Shown: in pieces, positions 24,321 through 36,700 of the stretch
How the letters are laid out: every line of letters starts with the position of its first letter
How positions within the stretch are numbered: position 1 is the first letter of the stretch
NCBI GenBank assembly: GCA_051294905.1
Contig: CM119373.1
Location: 1,180,001 to 1,244,000, forward strand
Source: Botryllus schlosseri
Taxonomy: Eukaryota
DNA: 64,000 nucleotides
Reading direction: 5' to 3'
Translations under genes and position numbers: made by a program
The notes under the pieces: model-generated
Seen by the model: only the letters and a program-made list of their open reading frames with translations
Database searches by the model: none
Told to the model about the DNA's origin: nothing

Positions 24321-24788
24321 ATTATATGTATTGAAATTATTTAAGCGATAAATATGTTGGCGGACAGCCCAAAGAAAAAAAACCGTATGTATATCTTCTG
24401 TATTGCATCCGACCGAGTGAACATGTGAGTTAAGGAATCACCAACCTAAAGACAGCCAGTCGCAAGCTCAGCTACCTATTGCTCCAGCTCGACACACCCG
24501 TCTGTTACACCCGTCAAATATATTGATTGTTGGGTACCCTTCCCTTATCAAAAAATATGCATGATTTATAGAAATTGGCACTTCGACGTCCGCCATTACC
24601 GCGCCACGACGGATCAAGACATATGAAGTTATAGGCCATGTAACATGCGACTCCGAGAAGTGTACCAGAAAGATCAGCAGCGAGAAGACCTTGGCCGAAA
24701 AAGACTGCCCTTGTGATAACCAATGTATGTGTTTAATTGTCCATAGGCGTCTAAATGGCTGGCGCCGAATATTCCTGTCCTGGCGATC

Positions 24789-25842
24789 CAGTGTTGGGAT
24801 GACTCGAGTCAGACTCGAGTCACCTGTTTCGTGTGACTTGACTTGACTCGAGTCACTTTGCTAAAATGACTTGACTTGACTTGACTCGACGTTTCAGAAA
24901 TGCGGATTGACTCGTGACTCGGAGCAAAATTCACGAGTCAATTTCAAGTCACCAAGTAATCGGTGTCGATAAAAATCACTGTATTTTCCATATGTTCGGA
25001 TCGTTCGCGAAACGCTGTTGTAACCCGTGCGAGCGACCAATCCTTCAATGATCGTATGTTTTAACAAGCCTCCATCGTTTTCTCAGAAATATATTGACCA
25101 CAAACGAAGTGATCGAAGCTCACAGCTTACGTTGTCGTAAACTAACAGTAAAGTAATTTAATAGCAAAATATCCATTTCTGTTCTCTGTTATTACCTTAG
25201 CCAAACATCTTGTTTTATTGAAATTGAATTCGTATATAGTCTATATGCTCCTCAAATATTGACGAAGACTTGAATTGTATCATATCAAGATGTAAATGGA
25301 TAGTGTATTGCATCTTATCAATTCGTTTCTCTATTTTGGCTGGTAACTAACTAACTATAAACTGAGGCTATGCAATTACTTACGTAGTTTAACAATTCTA
25401 CGTATATGTGAGTGATACAGCACCTTCTCGCGTGTATATTAAACTCTACATTCGTTCATCAGTTCAGAATCAATGACCATTGACCGCTCATTACAGACAG
25501 CTAGTAAAATGCAATGACGTAATCATGCCCTGTCCTACACCGTTAAAAGTATCGTGTTATAATTTCATGCGCCAATGTTATTTTCGTTTCGGTTGGACGA
25601 ATCAATAAATATCTCTCTCTCTCTCTCTCTCTCTCATACTTCGAAAAGGCAACTATGAGACTTGAATTTTGACTTGACTCGTGACTTGAATCGACTTGAC
25701 TCGAGTTACCTCCAAAAATCGAGTGACTTGACTTGACTCGAGTCACTTTCGAAAGTCAATTGACTTGATTTGACTCGAGTCAAAATGTACAATGACTCGA
25801 AATGACTCGTGACTCGAAGGTAGTGACTTGATCCCAACACTG
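24789..25842. mobile_element. hAT-type MITE (CAGTGTTGGGAT TIR, GACTCGAGTC/TGACT subterminal arrays)
   Basis: Perfect TSD TGGCGATC; paralog at 57880-58773; carries an extra (CT)n-tailed insert at about 25531-25636. Confidence 0.9.
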
Positions 25843-26629
25843 TGGCGATCTGAGCCCCACAATACAAATCCCATCCCGCAGGGAACATTATTTGGCAGTA
25901 AAGAAATACCAATTTGAAATCGTGTACGACTGCGTACGTCTTTCAGTTTAGTACGATTAGGCGATTTCAATATCATTTGACATAGCAGATAGGAGGTCAC
26001 GAAATAGCATCATGTAACGAAGTCACTATACCAACGGGTACGCCCGAAGATGTTTAATTAATATTTAGGGGTCCCGGGGCCTACGATAGGGGCCCCGGGG
26101 GTCCTACCTTTTACAACACACCTCACTCAGCTTTACCGGTGAAAATGATTACGTGAGCAGAGAGAATATAAAAAATTGATAGCAATATATATATATGCCA
26201 GTGGTCGGGAACCTTTTTCGTCTGAAAAGCCATGTTAGCCCTATATTTTCCATTTTAACTTCCAAAGAGCCATACATATCAATCAATTGTTGCGTCAAAA
26301 TTGAAAATTCGTGACGTCATGGTAGTACTAGTTCGAACCCACTACATGGGATTCGTCGTGGGCACCATATCTTCTCTGTAATTTCACTACTTCTACTTCA
26401 TAATATTTTGTGATCTACTTACTTACTTTTCGCTATTTTCAGTTTGTCAAGTAAAAGTATTGTAATCCTCCAATCAGGAAAAAAGCCTGAGAAATTTCGG
26501 GGCTGTTTTCACGGAGTATCGACATTTAATTTTATAAAAGCGACAGGCAAACTAAAAGGTTTTTAGCTCTGACTTTCGGCGTATTGACACCTCTGGTCTA
26601 GACCCGGGGCCTAAGGCCAAGGTGCGTGT

Positions 26630-26630
<1 letters not shown>

Positions 26631-26694
<64 letters not shown>

Positions 26695-26718
26695 AGAGAA
26701 AGAGAAAGAGAAAGAGCG

Positions 26719-26751
<33 letters not shown>

Positions 26752-26945
26752 GAGAGAGAAAATATTTATTTTCATGCAACCAAAATAGGCTACATTAAAA
26801 CAAACGGCAACGATAGTGGTACAGAAAAACGCATGCATTGCATAGTGTTCGGTATCAGATAGGAATGATCGATATGACCGTGAAGGTCAACTAGTCTGAT
26901 CACACCAGCATCAAGCACTATTACTTGACTCTATACAGTCTGATC
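26631..26945 (-). mobile_element. CR1-like LINE 3' end with expanded (CT)n/(GA)n tail
   Basis: About 130-nt GA microsatellite followed by sequence homologous to 35204-35395. Confidence 0.75.
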
Positions 26946-27149
26946 TCAAAGACTACTCCAAGTCGTTTCGACACCTCTATCTTTTCATTGCATCGCTGTT
27001 TTGTGGTGTTTTGAAATGATGAAAATATTATTAACACTAGATCATTGAGTTATATTTTTCATCTGAACAGTCCCACACAATATACAATGCGATAAGACAC
27101 CATGCGATGTAATGAACAGATAGGAGGATGTCTAACGACACGCAGTTGG

Positions 27150-27548
27150 GATCCTCTTGCTCTATCAAGTATGCCGGACCTCAATTGTGGAACAGCATCT
27201 CGCCAGCTATCCGACAGTCGTCGAGCATGTCCGCATTCAAGTCGAAATACAAGCGATTTCTTCTAAATCAATACCAGCCAGTCTTCAGGTTTACCGGACC
27301 ACGACCTAACATCGACCTCGCCCTCCGCCACATGCCACCCCATTTTGTCGCTTGCGTCTTATATTCTCTGCATTACTTTTCATTCAGTGTGCATGCCTCT
27401 TATTTACTTCGCCTAGGCTAAGGTGGGTGTCTGATCTTAATGGCTACTCCAAGTTGTTTCGACACCTTCCTATCTTTTCATTGTATCGCAATCTTGTGAT
27501 GTTTTGAAACGATGAAAATATTAATAAACCTGACTGACTGACTGACTT
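27150..27548 (+). mobile_element. CR1/L2-clade LINE 3' end (ORF2 C-terminus, 3' UTR, (TGAC)n tail)
   Basis: SIKYAGPQLWNSISPAIRQSSSMSAFKSKYKRFLL fits the GP.LWN.LP...FK..LK motif; AATAAA followed by CTGACTGACTG. Confidence 0.8.
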
Positions 27549-28176
27549 GTAATCTCACATCCACCTCTGCCTAGAGTGCCCGATGTCACAGTTCCTTTTC
27601 GATGTTGATATTTTTGAAGCCACGACCCTTTTACTAGTTATTTTCATTCCTTGTGAGTGCTTTCTTCCGTCGGGTCTTTTCCCGGGCTTTTTGGGGGTAA
27701 GAGGAGCCCAGATAAACCTCCGACGGGACTCCGCCAGATTGGTAGGCGCTTATCGTCACCACTACGCTATGTCCCACGCGATTGATTGATTCAAAATATT
27801 TTTGGTTGTGGTTGGACTTTTCGTGTTAAAAAAAATTTTACCATGGAAAAATCCAGACTGGGGTACACTGGTTCATCATTGGTTCCGCAACCAGAACAGC
27901 GGGACGATCAAATGGCCGAGGAAAAAGTTGTTACTCCAGTGAATTATTATTTTGTGTTGCCAGATCGCCAGTACCGGTGCAAAAGCCATCAACGTTGTCG
28001 AGCTGAGAGCTGGGCCATCACAGAGTGGATGGTGGCCTCGCTTTTTTTTAAAGCGTGACACTGTGGTAGTACCCAGAGTCATATCGATCACACTTGTCCT
28101 ACACCGTTAAGTTTCTTGTTATTATTACATGTGTCAATGTTATTTTGTCGACGGCTTGCGAATCAAGACATATCAA

Positions 28177-28682
28177 TAGGGCTGGGCAAAATCGAGTACC
28201 TGAGTGATTCGATTCTGAATCACGTAATATGGTTCGAGTCGAGTCGAGTAATCGAGTATCACTCATTATGACGTCACAACAGGATGTACTATGTCGAAGT
28301 CCAAATATGAACCTTTTATGCCACCACAAAGAACGTAATGCCCGTTATCCATCACATTAATCACAAAAATCGACCATACCGATTTCATTTCACTTCTTAA
28401 CAATTTTTTTTGATGATAATGACTTCGGAAATGTACTATTTCCAGTAACGTCCGTAGCTTTGTACTGTGCCTGGTATGCTGAAACACGGCTAATAAAGGT
28501 TTCACTGCTTCCTCAGTGGAAAATAGTATCAAAACTATAATTCTCGTCAGTAAATTAACTTTCAGTTGCGATGACCGTATAATTTCAGTACTCGAAAAAA
28601 TTGTCTTTTACTACTCGACTCGAATCATTAGAATTACTACTCGATTCAGATTCGAGTACTCGAATCATTTTGCCCAGCCCTA
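28177..28682. mobile_element. hAT-type MITE (TAGGGCTGGGCAAAAT TIR, TCGAGTA motifs)
   Basis: Perfect TSD CATATCAA. Degenerate relatives near 33420, 41620, 42000, 50240, 52320 and 59220. Confidence 0.88.
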
Positions 28683-30590
28683 CATATCAATAAACTTGAG
28701 GTAATGATTCGTATTTTAAATATATGGCAACCGGTTATGTAAAACGAACCGCTTGAATTACATTGTAATTCAGCAATAGTCGCTAACCCTTCGACTAAAC
28801 TCTGGTAGAGGAAGGATTGGAAGAATTACTTGTCATATATTCTGTAGTTTAAAGTCATCGCCTCTATATTCTAAAACTAAATGTTCATTTTAACGGTATG
28901 TAGGTAAGGCTATGCATATAACAGTAATAACAAATATAGTAAAGTCGATAGAATATCTCGGAAGCATGATATAGGAGTTAGGACATGAAACACGTATAGT
29001 GGTTACGGTACGTTACATTATGGGTACACGGTATCACATAGATTGAAGCATATATAGTATTCCGAGACTCGAGATGCTATACAGTAAGTGACAACCCAAC
29101 AGGACATAGTAAGTGTGGTATAATATATGTTTGGTTAAATTTGTATAGAGATATTTTTGTAATACAACGTAAATATTCATTTAGTCATTGAATTCGGAAA
29201 TATAAATTCGACATTTCACTTTGGTACGACTGGCTTAATGGTGGAGACAGAAACGAAGAAAGTTATCCGTGTGATCGAACTGCGGGTGTACCAGAAAGAC
29301 TCTGTGGTAGGTCAGCCAACAAGTCATTCATTGCCGTTTAAGCCAGTCCGTGTAAAGAAAGATATACACAGCGGGCAGCGAATTGTACAAGTAACCTTAT
29401 AGAGTCAGATTACGCAAGTTTAACATCATAAAGACATTAGCACTGCGTTATATTCATCTTGAGCCTATTCATCTTATTATCGGCGAATTGGTATACGTAT
29501 TTGAATGATACTAATTGCTAGGGTTTTGTTGAGAGCAACATTATAGGTATTGTGTTTTCTGTTCACTATATATATTGGATGCATTGTAAGACTCGAATCA
29601 GGACTTATAAACTAGGATATTTTCAGGCTTTCAAAATTAAATCAGAATTGGAATTATACCTACACAGTTTGTTCCAAATTAGATCTGCATTACTGAATTT
29701 GGAAATTGAATCCAGCTGAGTTGATATCAAGTCAGAATTTGTTATCATAATCAGAACACGAGAAAAGAAAATGTCTCTCTGCACACCAAGCTTGGTTCAT
29801 TTCGTAGGCTACTATCTAGCCTAGTTCACCTGTAGATTTTTCAGGACAACTGAAAATTTGATTATAATAAAATATTAGTGTAGGAAGATTTCACAAATTA
29901 AATTAGACTTAGGGCAAGGAAACATTTCACATATTAGATTTTAAAACGGCAATTCACTCCAATTTGTCTACTTAGACAACCAGAACTCTCTAGTTGCACA
30001 AGCCAGGCTCGAAGTATTTGGTTTTGATAATACTATCGCATTGCGAGCAACATTATTTACAGGTGTAGGTGTTCATTTTTTACAGTAGATCACTGTGTAA
30101 ATTGGATGTATTGATACTAAGAGTTGGATTGTGCTAATGCCAGCTGTATTGGAGGATCAAAATGCGCACAAAGCTATCGTGTCATTCACCAATAACTATT
30201 TGTCTTTTTGTAGGCTTATGATTCGTATCTTGATCAATCTGTTTGTTATGGTCAAAAAATGGTGACACATTTCCTTTGAGTTTTGGTTTGTCAAAACAAG
30301 AGTGCGACAGGTATTTGATCCGATGCTGATAATATGGATAACTAACACCTATTCTCCAACACTCCCGATATATTAGGTCGATATTCGCAAGATATGGCTT
30401 AAGGCGCATTTTCAAAACTTCAGAGTGGTATTTTTAGCTTTACAGTCATCGCTGGTAAATTCAAGTTTTCAATGTGGTTGTCAAAGTGTGCATACTGGAA
30501 ATTTTCTCAGTGCTGTTGAGATGTTACTGTGTTTCAAACTTGAAATATTTTTTATATCAGATTTAATGACTTGGTGATTTAGCTTACATT

Positions 30591-30768
30591 ATGAAAAGCG
30601 GTATAATCTGCATAATACCTGTTTTTGTTACATGGATAATGACGACTGATGCTCAAAATTCGTTTGAAGAAGTTCTCCCGTCATCATGCACGACGCAGTC
30701 ACTCTATTTTGACTTTGGGACGTTAAGCTGTCGGAATTGCAGTACCGGTCAACAGGTTGACACATCAG
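30591..30768 (+). CDS. TMEM67: TMEM67 coding exon 1 (signal peptide, start of Cys-rich domain)
   Basis: ATG...MKSGIICIIPVFVTWIMTTDA...YFDFGTLSCRNCSTGQQVDTS; donor G|gtgggt, phase 1. Confidence 0.88.
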
Positions 30769-33700
30769 GTGGGTGGATTTAGGGCTGATCAATAATGTCT
30801 TTTTTGCAAATTTTACTGGCTACTTGATAAAATTGTTGGGTTGGCGGAAAAAATGAAGTGTACCAAATTTGGCCCAATTCCAACCTGTAGGACAGAAGTT
30901 TTTGAGTGGCCGGCCAGGTAATTTTAGAAATTAGTCATATTACCAAAAATAGATTGCCCAGATTGTGAACTTGCGTGGCCAACCAAAAATTTGATTAGTC
31001 TGGCTTGGGATGTGATGACTAAAATATCAGTTTTGACGCATTAGCAGATCCATGGGCCGGTCAAATTTTGGTAGATTTTGTACATTACAATGAAGCAGAA
31101 TATTCTGCGGTAGAGTTATCTAAAGCAAAAATTTTCTTCACGCTGTCTGCAATATGTTGTCACTCGATTTGTCACACTCCTGAAAATGAAAGAATGCCTA
31201 ATGTACCAGATTAAGTCTAATTATAATCGCAATTACGAGAGAAAGTGTCGTCCAACATGCGACCTTGCGTTTGCGCTCGCAGAAAGACCATCGACGATGA
31301 AACATAGGCATAAAATGATTGACACATGTTGGCCGAAACTTTCGATATCGATATGTCCAGGCGCCGAATAATCCAACTCTCGCAAACTGAGCCCAGCAAT
31401 AGACAGTAGATCCGCAGTATACTCAAGTACCAATAATATTGACCTATAATGGCCCGCGCGATGGTTCGTCAATGGAATGTGGCCCTTTGGCCGAAAAGGT
31501 TGGCCACCCCTGATGTAGGAGCATTGCTGTTCGAGAAAGTTTTGAGATTTAGGCTAATAAAAAGACTCAAAAGTTTTCAAATTTCACAGGCCGCCTCATG
31601 GAATAGATTGGTGTTCTAAAAAAACATGCATTATCAATTTGGTTCAATACCAACCTGTAGAAGCAAAGCAATTTAGAATAATTTTTTTAGATTAAAATAT
31701 TTATTATATAAAAATTTAAAAATTTTAAATTTTACTGGCCTCCTAATGAAATTGTTGGATTTTCTGAATAAACGATGCATTTCAAATCTGATTCATTTCC
31801 AATATGTAGAAATTTTTGGATTTATTGAGTAAAAATGAAATTGTTGGATTTTCTAAAAAACGAGGCATGTTGTTGTTGTATGTGGGGTTAATGGTGCTTG
31901 AATACTAATGTCTTGTGCACCAGACCACTTTGAAAATAATCCATCCGCAAAGATTGATCGGGTATACGATGCATGACAAATTTGGTTTGATTCCAACCCG
32001 TAGAAGTGAAGCTATTGTAGTAGAAAATTTTAGCCTGCTTCGACAGGCCGGAATTGATCCAAATTTGGTGTGCAGCGTTTTGTTGGCTATCAAACAATTT
32101 CGCCATGTAGCCAGTAAAATTGAAAAAAAAAGTTGATTTTAGCAGCCCTATCGTTCACACGTTCTGGCACATGACTTATGATTCGTATTTTTTCCAAGGT
32201 TATTCGTGCAGTTGCCAGAGTACTTACGCTCAGAATGTTCAGAGTCCGAGGAGATTACAATGCACCTTATGCCCATCTGTAAGTGTTGTATTTCTTGCTA
32301 TTTAAATAACCGTGCTCAATTCAACGCAATGATCTGAAAATGGACCCTCTCTGTGTAGCAGCATAGTAACGTGGCTCCATTAGATCTCTATGTGCAGTAG
32401 GGGTATTCAAAAATGACTTTTTTTCTCAAATCGTACCGTTGGCTACTTGATAAAATTGTTAGGTTACCTAATTCAAGCCTATACACAAAATTTGGTTCAT
32501 TTCGAACCAGTGTAAGCGGAGTTATTGCTGTCGAAAAATTTGGATTTGAATAAAATAGTATTTACAGTGGGCACCACTATAATAAATAATTAAAGAATTG
32601 GTCACCGTAAATACTATTTTATTCATATTCTAAATTTTTCGACGGCAATAACTCCACTTCCACTGGTTGGAATTAAACCAAATTTGCTACCGTTTCTATA
32701 GACAACCTAACACTTTCATGGGGTGAACAGAAAATTTTTTCAAATTTTTTGTTATTTGTTTTTATATACCGTACCGTAATAAATAGAAACTTTCTTCTCC
32801 TGTAGCAATGCGGCTACTGGCTGGAATTGAACCAAATTTGGTGTGCAGTCTTAAATAAGGTAACCTAACAATTTTATCAAGTAGCCAGTACGATTCGTGA
32901 AAAAAAAGTCATTTTTGAATAGCCTACCCATTGTGCACTTGTGCAGGCTATGCAGAGTGAGTCAACTTATGACAGATCCTTCTCTGTGATTTTTGTCGAA
33001 GTAATGCCAAAAAGATATATTCCTCGATGAGGCTTCATGGTAGGCCTACCTAGTAGGCTATATTTCATTTAAAGAGCTTCTTGGAGGTACAGAACTTCGT
33101 TTTCTCTACTAGTTGCTGACGATTACCCCTGACGAGTGTCAGCCGAAAATATTCGGGTTCATCATCATTTCAATATGAATATGCTCTGCAATGGTATATA
33201 TATGTGTATTTCATTTAATAAAATGAAATAAAGTCGTTCTCTCTCTGTAATTCGTTTGCTTTTGTGCCAATAGGCCTACTCATTAGGTTCAGTTTTTTAT
33301 TAAAAATTTTATCAGGTCAAAACATCACAAGATTGCAATACAGTGGTATCATTCATCCATGAAAAGATATAAAGGTGTCAAAACGACTTGGGGTAGTCTT
33401 TGAAATCAGACACCCAGATGGGGCTGAGCAAAATCAAGTAGGCTGCCCGAGTGATTTCATTTGATTTGAGTCTCACTTGTTGCGACGTCATGAGACTATT
33501 TAGTATTCATAATGTTGACGTTTGATTTGCGACCGATAGTAAATAATGTCAGTGACACATCACAATAAAGGTTAATCGGGTATTTGTTCGGCCTTTTGTG
33601 CCTATTTCGTTGCCTTTTGTGACAATGCTCTGGGCTGATCACGATTTCACATTCACTGATCAGCTTTGTACTACGGTACTTGATTAGTTTGCTGTGATAC

Positions 33701-36700
33701 GACAAATAGATGTTTCAAGACTACTAGTGGGAAATTGTATTAAAAAACTATATTTCTCTGTGATGAATGTGAAATGTGAAAAGGTGAGTATCACTTCAGT
33801 ACTGTACCAGTACTCGAAAAGATCATATCTATGGCGATTTTTTTTAACCTAAAAACAGAAGATTTTTGACTTAAAAAATCAAAATTTTGTCATTTTTTTA
33901 CCTTGAAAAACTATATTTTTACCAAATTTTGACCTAATGTATGCAAATTAGGTTTTTATATACCCACATAATGTTAGAATTGTGCTACTTATCTTCATTT
34001 CTGGTTGGAACGGTCTGTCCTTACGAAGTAGCCTGAAAAAACTTTTTTGACTCAAAAACTGACAAATTTTTACATGAAAAAAACTTTATTTTAAAGAAAC
34101 CTGGCCCTGTGAAAAATTCCAGTAGTTGCATCACGTATTATGGTAGAAATGATTAAAAGTCGATGTAGTACAACGAAAGATACTTCCTGCATTCTCGGGT
34201 AGAAAGTGTCTGTCCTTACTAGCAGCTTGCCAAGAATGGAGAAAGAACGTTCAACAGTAGCAGTTGAATTTTTGTGTGCGTACATTGCTGGTGACATATC
34301 GTGTTGCTTCATTCTGACAATTTTGTCTACATCACAATTTTTCATCACACGCTTTTCGATATAAGACCCATACAATTCCCAAGCAGTCTTACTTCAGTTA
34401 GGATATTGCTGTACGTTGAGCATAACACCATGTCAACGTACCGTATTTGTTTCATTTGACCGTTTATGATTCGCAATGAGCAGACATTGGGCCGTCTGCA
34501 ATGTTAGGCCTATGAAGTAGGCTACAAGCTGAAAAATGTCAAATGATAAGTTCACCGACAGTGCAAAATCTATGATACAAACAAAACGCAGGTTGCAGAA
34601 AAATATTTCACTTCGTATAAAATTTTGACATTTTTGAACCTAAGGCTACAATTTTGACCTAATTTTGCCTTTTTTGACACTTAAAAAAATCGCCCTGATC
34701 ATTTCGCACTTGAAACAATACATTTTATACTCAATTCGGATTAGTGTGCACGAATCATTGCTGTTTTATAAGGAACCAAATCTGGTGAACCTTCATAAAC
34801 CATGTTTTACTTCTAGGGCTTGACAACGCCTGACGGATACTTTTGTGCGACTTGCTCCTCGGTATCGTGCTCGTGCGCTGCCACGGAATCTTTAACAGGT
34901 AAAAGTGTTATGGAATCACGATTAGTGGTAGCTGTGTCAAGTGCACAATGTCATTTATTTCTACTTGGCAATTTTAATGAAATATTATTATGCTGACGTG
35001 TCAGAGTGGGATAACTAAAAAATATGCGGCTTTTCTAAATAAGATTAAAATAGAAATTAAAGCTGCACAGTTTTTTTTTACCAAATTAGTTTACAATTAG
35101 AATTACTGAAAACTGGAAAGTAGATCAAGCTCAGTTCAATTCAAATCAAGCTTCCTTATCATAAGCAAGAAAAATCGCCTGTACAGCATGCTTGGCTCGT
35201 TTCAGAGAGAGAGAGAGAGAGAGTATTTATTTTCATCCAACCAAAATACATGAAACACAGACGGCAACGATGGTGGCACAGAAAATATGCATGCGCAGTA
35301 TTCGGTGTTAGATAGGAATGATCGATAAGACCGTGAAGGTCATCTAGTCTGATCACACCAGCATCAAACAGGCACACTTGACTCTGAACAGTCTGGCTGT
35401 AAAAAATGTTGGTTGAAAAAGAGAATAAAACAAAAATTAAACGATGGTGGCAAATGATCAACGAAGCAATGTCTGGGCGAGGTAGGGCAACAGTGTTAGT
35501 ATAACGACAAGAGGTGATGAAGTAGGTCTTTTTTTAATCTGTTATTTAAGGCAATTCATGGATATCTTGTGGTAATTCATTCCGAATGATAGGTTATGAG
35601 TAGTCGATAGATCTCTTAATTAGGTTGATATTGGGTGGGGGAAGTAGATATTTCCCTTTGATGAGGATGTCGTGTAACGGGGGTGGACATTTTTTTTGGA
35701 TTGGAGTCAAGATGAGATCATAGAAACATTTTGCAAATTAGATTAGAATTAGAGCAAATCAGCAATTCACAAATGAGATCATATACGGTATTTCACTACC
35801 GGCATTTATCTCTAATCACTATAATTGGACTAGAATTAACTAGTTTCCCTAAACTGGCTCGTATATTTTACAAAAAATTCAAAATTGCAGTACCCTGCAT
35901 CTTGTCCATGCCCTACTGCTGAAAAATATGTTGAGAATTTCAGGTAGACTTTTTCACAGATAGTAGTTATGGATATGGATGCTGCACAAGTAGGATAGTT
36001 GACGACATTATCAAGATTGATGACATTGGCATAATAGATACAAACCTACAAAGAGATATTTGTAGTGATAAGATATTGGCATAAAACAAGAACATAAGTT
36101 GGTTTACCTGCCAGCTTATTTGGGACTCGGTATAGCATATCCTTTTATTACGTTATCACTACTTATGCATGTGATTATATATGTTTTTATATTTGTCACA
36201 GTTGCATACAGTGCCCTAGGAACTGCTACAATGAGCTGTACCTCGTGTTCTGAGACTTACTTGGCCGGGACAGGCAGTCAAAGGTAAGGCACTAGCAGGG
36301 TTGTAATGACTCGAGTCACGATTTTCTGATGACTTGACTTGACTCGAGTGATTTTCTCAAATACGGAAATGACTCGACTCGAGTCAATCTGTGTATTGAT
36401 TCGACTTGGACTCGAGTCATTGCGCATGACTCGAGCCAAGTCATATGACTCGAGGCGCAGATGGCCAAGACATACATTTCATTGTAATTTCGAAGAATAG
36501 TAAAGTATCCACACCATTGGAATTTCGTCTATTGCTACTGGTACTTGAAAATGCGACCAGAAACTGCTAAAAGTGAGGAAAATTAGTATATTATAATAAT
36601 ATACAACCATTCGATATCACCAAACAGAGTTATAAATGTCGGTTTAACAAGACTTTAACAAGAAACTGAGCAGTCAGCACAATGACTTGGACTCGACTGG

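Noticed and set aside
24789..25842. GACTCGAGTC arrays resembling a CRISPR or regulatory repeat
   Set aside because: Irregular spacing, no unique spacers, eukaryotic context, and bounded by TIRs and TSDs, so they are MITE subterminal repeats.
26552..26862. ER- and SL-repeat ORFs
   Set aside because: Translations of the (GA)n microsatellite tail of a LINE.
27843..28058. Possible BED-finger-like peptide (VNYYFVLPDRQYRCKSHQRC)
   Set aside because: The motif is incomplete, with no His pair and no associated TIRs.
28720..28746. RFX X-box for the ciliary gene TMEM67 (ATGGCAAC)
   Set aside because: Only a half-site, 1.9 kb upstream, and the transcription start is unknown.
29238..29402. 54-aa ORF overlapping an 11-bp inverted repeat upstream of TMEM67
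   Set aside because: Short, no homology recognisable, and no supported splice link to exon 1.
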